Assembly (NCBI GenBank): GCA_963845565.1 | Contig: CAWJSJ010000005.1 | Span: 384,001-448,000 of the forward strand | Source of the DNA: an uncultured Methylomirabilota bacterium | GTDB lineage: Bacteria > Methylomirabilota > Methylomirabilia > Methylomirabilales > 2-02-FULL-66-22 | Length of the DNA: 64,000 nt | Direction: 5' to 3' | Shown: positions 59,443 to 64,000 of the stretch, piece by piece | Layout: every line of letters starts with the position of its first letter | How positions within the stretch are numbered: the stretch's first letter is position 1 | The notes under the pieces: model-generated | The model's input: only the letters and a program-made list of their open reading frames with translations | Database searches by the model: none | What the model was told of the DNA's origin: nothing | Program-made: the position numbers and the translations under genes

Positions 59443-59593
59443 CAGGCCGCTGAAGAGGGCCCATTTGCAGCGTTGGCCCGCTCGAGCGCTCGCTCAGGCG
59501 TATCGTGCATACGCTCATTCGGTACTCCGCGACCCGCCTTGCATCCGGGCCCTTTTGAGCTGCCTGACGTCGAACCGGTTTTGTGGCATCCTG
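59443..59593. repeat. Family-A element, copy 2 (diverged), between tctB and tctA
   Basis: CAGGCCGCTGAAGAGGGCCCATTTGC...GCATCCGGGCCCTTTTGAGCTGCCTG...TTTTGTGGCATCCTG immediately after the tctB TGA. Confidence 0.8.
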
Positions 59594-59608
59594 TTGGAGG
59601 GGCGACGC

Positions 59609-61120
59609 GTGGAGACGCTTCAACATCTGCTCAACGGGTTCTGGGTTGCACTCTCGCCCCTGAACCTGCTGTTTGCCACCATCGGCTGCTTCCTGGGGAC
59701 GCTGATCGGAGTCTTGCCGGGTCTGGGTCCCGCGGCGGGAACGGCGCTCCTGATCCCCATCACGTTCAAGTTGGAGCCGACCTCTGCCATCATCATGCTG
59801 GCGGCCATCTACTACGGGGCGATGTACGGGGGAACCATCACTTCGGTCCTGGTCAACGTCCCCGGCGAGGCGGCGAGTGTCGTGACCTGCCTGGACGGCT
59901 ACGCGATGGCCAAGCAGGGCCGAGCCGGTGCGGCGCTCGGCATCGCCGCCATCGGCTCCTTCATCGGCGGCAGCATCGCCACGCTCGGATTGGTCGTCAT
60001 GGCGCTGCCCCTGTCCCGCTTCGCCCTGAAATTCGGACCGCCGGAATACTTCTCGCTGATCCTGGTCGGGCTCTCGCTGGTGATGGCCTTGGCCGGAAAG
60101 TCGCTCTCCAAGGCCCTGGTGATGGGGGTCGTCGGTCTGATCTTTTCGTTTGTTGGTATCGACCCGATCGAGGGGGCGCCGCGGTTTGATTTCGGCATCA
60201 CCCCGCTGCTCGACGGCATCCGGTTCGTCCCGGTCGTCATGGGCTTCTTCGGTATCGGCGAGATCCTGATGAATGCCGAGAAGTCGCTGGAAGGCAAGGT
60301 GGTGGAGGAAGGCAAAGTGTCCACGTTCCTTCCCCGGCGCGAGGAGTACCGGATTTGCCTGAGCGCGATCAACCGCGGGACCTGGCTGGGCTTCTTCCTT
60401 GGCCTGATCCCGGGGACCAACTCTGCGGTGGCCTCCTTCATGTCCTACGCGATCGAGAAGAAGGTCTCCAGGCACCCGGAGAAGTTCGGAACCGGGGTCA
60501 TCGAAGGGGTGGCGGCTCCCGAGACGGCCAACAATTCTTACGCCAACGCGGCCCTGATACCGCTCTTCACGCTGGGAATCCCCGGCTCACCCACGGTGGC
60601 CATCCTGATGGGGGCCCTGATCATGAACGGGCTGACCCCCGGGCCCCTGCTCTTTTCTCAGCACGCCACATTCGTCTGGGCGGTGATCGCCAGCCTGTAC
60701 ATCGGCAACGTGATCCTGCTGATCCTGAATCTTCCGCTGGTGAACTTGTGGGTGAAGCTCCTCAAGATTCCCTACAACATCCTGGTGGTGTTCATCCTGG
60801 TCTTTTGCATCATCGGGGCCTACAGCCTGAACAACAGCGTCTTCGACGTCGGGATGATGATCTTCTGCGGCCTGCTGGGGTATGTCTTCAAGAAGCTGGA
60901 CTTCCCGCTGGCGCCGGCCATCCTGACGCTGATCCTGGGCCCCCAGATGGAGCGGAGCCTGCGGGAGTCCCTGTCCATGTCCCAGGGGGACTACAGCACC
61001 TTCTTCACGCGACCGATCTCCCTGGTGCTCCTCATCATCACGGCGATCATCTTCATCACCTCCGCCTGGCAGGCGCTGCCGTCAGCGGTGCGGGAAGAGA
61101 GCAAGGAAGCGCAAGTGTGA
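59609..61120 (+). CDS. tctA: Tripartite tricarboxylate transporter large subunit
   Basis: [43 protein letters not shown] 59609 follows a GGAGG RBS; the ORF-track extension is repeat-derived. Confidence 0.94.
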   Translation: METLQHLLNGFWVALSPLNLLFATIGCFLGTLIGVLPGLGPAAGTALLIPITFKLEPTSAIIMLAAIYYGAMYGGTITSVLVNVPGEAASVVTCLDGYAMAKQGRAGAALGIAAIGSFIGGSIATLGLVVMALPLSRFALKFGPPEYFSLILVGLSLVMALAGKSLSKALVMGVVGLIFSFVGIDPIEGAPRFDFGITPLLDGIRFVPVVMGFFGIGEILMNAEKSLEGKVVEEGKVSTFLPRREEYRICLSAINRGTWLGFFLGLIPGTNSAVASFMSYAIEKKVSRHPEKFGTGVIEGVAAPETANNSYANAALIPLFTLGIPGSPTVAILMGALIMNGLTPGPLLFSQHATFVWAVIASLYIGNVILLILNLPLVNLWVKLLKIPYNILVVFILVFCIIGAYSLNNSVFDVGMMIFCGLLGYVFKKLDFPLAPAILTLILGPQMERSLRESLSMSQGDYSTFFTRPISLVLLIITAIIFITSAWQALPSAVREESKEAQV

Positions 61121-61216
61121 CGGGGGAGTCGTGGGCCGCGGAACCGGCCGGCCACAGGAAGCACAGGAGAACCCGAGCCACGAGCATATAGCGGCGCGTT
61201 GAGACTGGAGGGAACC

Positions 61217-61984
61217 GTGCGTGCGAACATCCTGAAACGAAAGCTGACGGCGGGCAAGCGCGTCTGCGGCGCGCTGGTCGAGTTCAACTGCCCGGACCTG
61301 GTCGAGATCGTCGGCCATCTGGGGTATGACTTCGTCTTCCTGGACGGGCAGCACTGCGGGCTGAATCCGGAGACGGCACGCGGACTCATCCGGGCGGCGG
61401 ATGCCACCGGGATGACGAGCCTGGTGCGTGTGCCGAAAAACGACCCAACGATCATCCTGGAATATCTGGAGGTCGGCGCCGGCGGGATCATCGTCCCCAA
61501 CATCCGCACCCGGGTCGAGACCGAGGCCATGGTGGCAGCCATGAAGTATCCGCCCGTCGGCGTGCGGGGCGGCTTTGGCCGGTCGCGGGCGTCCAACTAC
61601 GGGATCACGCAGAGCCAGGTCGAGTACTTCACCAAGGCAAACGACGAGGTCCTGTGCATTCCGTTGATCGAGGATCAGGAAGCGCTCCCGAACCTCGCCG
61701 CCATCTGCGGGACGCCGGGCGTGGACATCGTGCTTGGCGGGCCGGGCGACATGGCGCTCTCGATGGGTATCCCGGGCGGCTGGAAGGATCCCCGTGTCCA
61801 GGCGGCGGTGGAGCAACTGCGCACCGCGGCCCAGGCCGCCGGGAAGCCCGCCATGCTCTTGGCGCTGGATGCGGCCAACGGGCGTGCGCTGTATGCCCAG
61901 GGATTCCAGGCGATCGCGGTCAGCGCCTGCGCGACCTTCACTGCCGCCGCCAAGGATTTTCTCCAGCAGGTCGGGCGAGAGTAA
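61217..61984 (+). CDS. HpcH/HpaI-family class II aldolase
   Basis: GYDFVFLDGQH, VRVP, GAGGIIVP, YPPVGVRG, LIED, GPGDM. Confidence 0.9.
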   Translation: MRANILKRKLTAGKRVCGALVEFNCPDLVEIVGHLGYDFVFLDGQHCGLNPETARGLIRAADATGMTSLVRVPKNDPTIILEYLEVGAGGIIVPNIRTRVETEAMVAAMKYPPVGVRGGFGRSRASNYGITQSQVEYFTKANDEVLCIPLIEDQEALPNLAAICGTPGVDIVLGGPGDMALSMGIPGGWKDPRVQAAVEQLRTAAQAAGKPAMLLALDAANGRALYAQGFQAIAVSACATFTAAAKDFLQQVGRE

Positions 61985-62086
61985 GCCGTTGTCAAAGAAT
62001 AAGTTGAGCGGAGCCATTCCGAAACGGCATAAGGAGCCGTAACGAAATAGAAAGAGATGTATAGGTTATTTCGTAACGGCTCCTAA
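61982..62086. repeat. Family-B element, copy 3 (near-identical inverted copy of copy 1)
   Basis: Reverse complement differs from 50114-50218 at about 5 of 105 positions; flanked by TAA on both sides; begins at the aldolase stop. Confidence 0.9.
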
Positions 62087-62121
62087 GCGACCGGCCGGGA
62101 CGCCCGCCCGGCGAGTGGCGG

Positions 62122-62829
62122 TCAGTGGCGCTTCCCCTGGGTGGGCATGGAGAACGGCGGCAAGACCCCCTGGGCGACGGTGTCCGTAAACCCAACGGGA
62201 GTGCGCGTCCGGGCATCGGCCAGCCAGTCCGCCACCGCCCGGTCAATCGCCTGAAGGCGCAAGAGTTCGCGCGCGCGTTCGAGGGCATCGGGGCCATGCA
62301 CGCCAGGCCCAAGGGCGGCGGTGACATCGGCGTCGCTGACGAAGGCGAAGGCTCGGAATCGAAGGTCGATGAACCGCTGCCGTCGAAGGTCCCTCTCCAC
62401 GAGGCTCTTGACCCACGCCTCGTCCAGTCCCGCCTGCGTCATCCACGTCCGGAATGCCGGCATTCCTCCGACCCGGTCCGCTGCCTCATCCCACGCCGCC
62501 TGGGTCTCTTCTCGATTGTCGCCGATCGCCAATTGCGCCGCTTCTCGTTCCATCAGCACGGCGTTCGCCAGCGATTCGACGTCCGCCCTGCCGATGGGCG
62601 CCTCCGATGGCCGCAAACCGAAGAGTGACAGCGCCCGTCCGATGGCCACGTCGGTCACGGTGACGGTCTTGCCCGCGACAGACGCCAGGACGGCATCCAG
62701 AAAGGCACCCGCGGCGAGCGCCGGCGACGACGCGCCAAGCGCACCGACACATACCAGGCGCGAAAAAGGCCCATCTGCTGCGTTGGCGTGCTCGGGCGCT
62801 CGTTGCGGCGTACCTGGAGTACGCCTCAC
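62122..62829 (-). CDS. SurA-N-like periplasmic chaperone-domain protein
   Basis: Signal-like segment, then LDAVLASVAGKTVTVTDV...L...VL..REA...W....GL...V...W...LA..R; downstream of an Omp85 gene. Confidence 0.6.
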   Translation of the reverse strand: MRRTPGTPQRAPEHANAADGPFSRLVCVGALGASSPALAAGAFLDAVLASVAGKTVTVTDVAIGRALSLFGLRPSEAPIGRADVESLANAVLMEREAAQLAIGDNREETQAAWDEAADRVGGMPAFRTWMTQAGLDEAWVKSLVERDLRRQRFIDLRFRAFAFVSDADVTAALGPGVHGPDALERARELLRLQAIDRAVADWLADARTRTPVGFTDTVAQGVLPPFSMPTQGKRH

Positions 62830-62907
62830 TCGGCCCTTTGCCCGCCGCCTGGCATCTGGACCTTTTTGAGCAGCCTGGGGGAAAGCGGGTTTTTCCGCAT
62901 CCTTCTA
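62755..62907. repeat. Family-A element, copy 3
   Basis: CAGGCGCGAAAAAGGCCCATCTGC...CTCGTTGCGGCGTACCTGGAGTACGCCTCACTCGGCCC...GCATCTGGACCTTTTTGAGCAGCCTG...TTTTTCCGCATCCTTCTA; abuts the Omp85 TAG. Confidence 0.85.
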
Positions 62908-64000
62908 AAACGCCTGGCCGATTGCGAGATAGAATTGCCATCGTCCCGTGTCCTTGATCGGGTTCAAGGCGTAGCCGACGTCGAAACGGATGGGACCCAC
63001 CGGGGTCTTGATGCGCAAGCCGCCTCCGACGCCGGTCTTGAACGCGGACGCGTCGAGCTGACTCACGTCCGGGGTGACGGCGCCGACGTCCAGAAACGCC
63101 ACCCCGCTCAGCCAGCGCCAGAGGGGCACGCGCCACTCCGCGTTGGCGATCACCAAGGCGTTTCCGCCCAACGGGTTGCCGTTCGCGTCCAGGGGGCCGA
63201 CCTTGTCCTGCGGGTAGCCCCGGATCGTGCTGCTGCCGCCGGCATAGAACCGCTCCTGGCTCGGCAGCGAGGTCGAGGTGCCCAAGGGTGTTGCCAGGCC
63301 GAGCCGCGCGGCCAGGGCAATGGTCGTCGTCGGCGGCCAGTTGAAATACCACGCCGTCTCCGCCTGTGACCGGACGAAACTCGCCTGGCTGCCAAAATAC
63401 GGGCCCGCCAGGGCCACCGAGAGGGTGTGCAGGCTTCCGGTCTTGGGATCGAGGGGGTTGTCCCGGTAGTCGGCGGTCACCGCGGGCGTCACCTTGCCCA
63501 CTCGCTCCGAGCCGGGGACGATGGAGTCGGCGCCGGCCGACTCCAGTGACGACGTGACGTCGTACACCCGAACCCACGCGAGTTGATACCGCAGGCCGAG
63601 CCGCAGCCGGTAGATGTCCGTGAACGGTACCGGCAGGAGGGTGCGCTCCACCCCGGCCGCGAGACCGGTTTCCTGCCGCTTGTACCCGAACTGGTCTTGG
63701 TACTCGTGAAAGAGGCCCACGTCGCTCTTGAGGGGGAGGCCGAAGGTCCAGGGAAAGCGATAAGTGAGGTCGGTGCGATCGCCGTATTGGGCGACCCTCG
63801 CGCGAAGGCCGGCACTCTGGCCGGTGCCCGCGACGTTGTCGTGTCCAACCTCGACCACGCCACGCCAGCCCTGATCGCTGCCGTAACCGCCGCCGAGCTC
63901 CACGCGCCAGGGCTTCCCCTCCCGGACGACAATCTCCACATCGACGAACGGCGCAGGCGGCGGCTGGAGCGGCCCGACCTGCACCCGCTCGAAGAGGCCG
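62905..64000 (-). CDS. Omp85-family (BamA/TamA) outer-membrane beta-barrel, 5'-partial
   Basis: ERFYAGGSSTIRGY, GGNAL..NAEWR, GLRIKTPVGPIRFDVG, C-terminal FYLAIGQAF beta-signal. Confidence 0.93.
   Translation of the reverse strand, partial: GLFERVQVGPLQPPPAPFVDVEIVVREGKPWRVELGGGYGSDQGWRGVVEVGHDNVAGTGQSAGLRARVAQYGDRTDLTYRFPWTFGLPLKSDVGLFHEYQDQFGYKRQETGLAAGVERTLLPVPFTDIYRLRLGLRYQLAWVRVYDVTSSLESAGADSIVPGSERVGKVTPAVTADYRDNPLDPKTGSLHTLSVALAGPYFGSQASFVRSQAETAWYFNWPPTTTIALAARLGLATPLGTSTSLPSQERFYAGGSSTIRGYPQDKVGPLDANGNPLGGNALVIANAEWRVPLWRWLSGVAFLDVGAVTPDVSQLDASAFKTGVGGGLRIKTPVGPIRFDVGYALNPIKDTGRWQFYLAIGQAF

Noticed and set aside
50114..62086. Family-B repeats as a CRISPR array or integron attC sites
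   Set aside because: Copies are kilobases apart with no spacer periodicity and no cas or integrase gene; the arms do not give the RYYYAAC...GTTRRRY arrangement
1..64000. Numerous long antisense or alternate-frame ORFs (e.g. 5607-7265 +, 13434-14975 +, 16647-18359 +, 33788-35512 +, 44710-46272 -)
   Set aside because: They shadow well-supported genes, lack motifs and are expected from stop-codon scarcity at high GC

Overview
High-GC bacterial chromosome segment from a diderm (Pal, MCE/Mla, AsmA and Omp85 genes); the gene mix tentatively suggests Methylomirabilota/Rokubacteria or a deltaproteobacterium-like lineage. (1) 1-19.5 kb, minus strand: glycogen/trehalose cluster (treY partial, GH13 amylase, glgX/treX, sugar ABC without ATPase, treZ). 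It is interleaved with two HAMP kinases, two stand-alone receivers, an NtrC-type activator, a sigma-54 promoter, a DksA/TraR protein, an unannotated Cys-rich mini-protein and two small genes each broken by one in-frame stop. (2) A cysteine-synthase-family gene, then a 16-kb minus-strand run DUF422-hpnH-shc-hpnG-lipoprotein-mlaEFD-GH57-DUF502-CNNM-AsmA that links hopanoid synthesis to lipid-transport genes. (3) Aldehyde:ferredoxin oxidoreductase and pal, divergent from an ECF sigma / zinc anti-sigma (CpoB-like TPR tail) / DUF4139 module with two copies of one ECF promoter. (4) DEAD helicase, NUDIX, 5'-nucleotidase, ribokinase. (5) A ~12-kb catabolic block (Gfo/Idh/MocA, HAD, frameshift-riddled sugar ABC, ClC, tctCBA, HpcH aldolase) bracketed by inverted copies of a ~100-bp element. 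(6) A SurA-like gene and a partial Omp85 gene. Two families of MITE/REP-like elements (three copies each) sit at stop codons. No rRNA, intact tRNA, CRISPR array or transposase was found.
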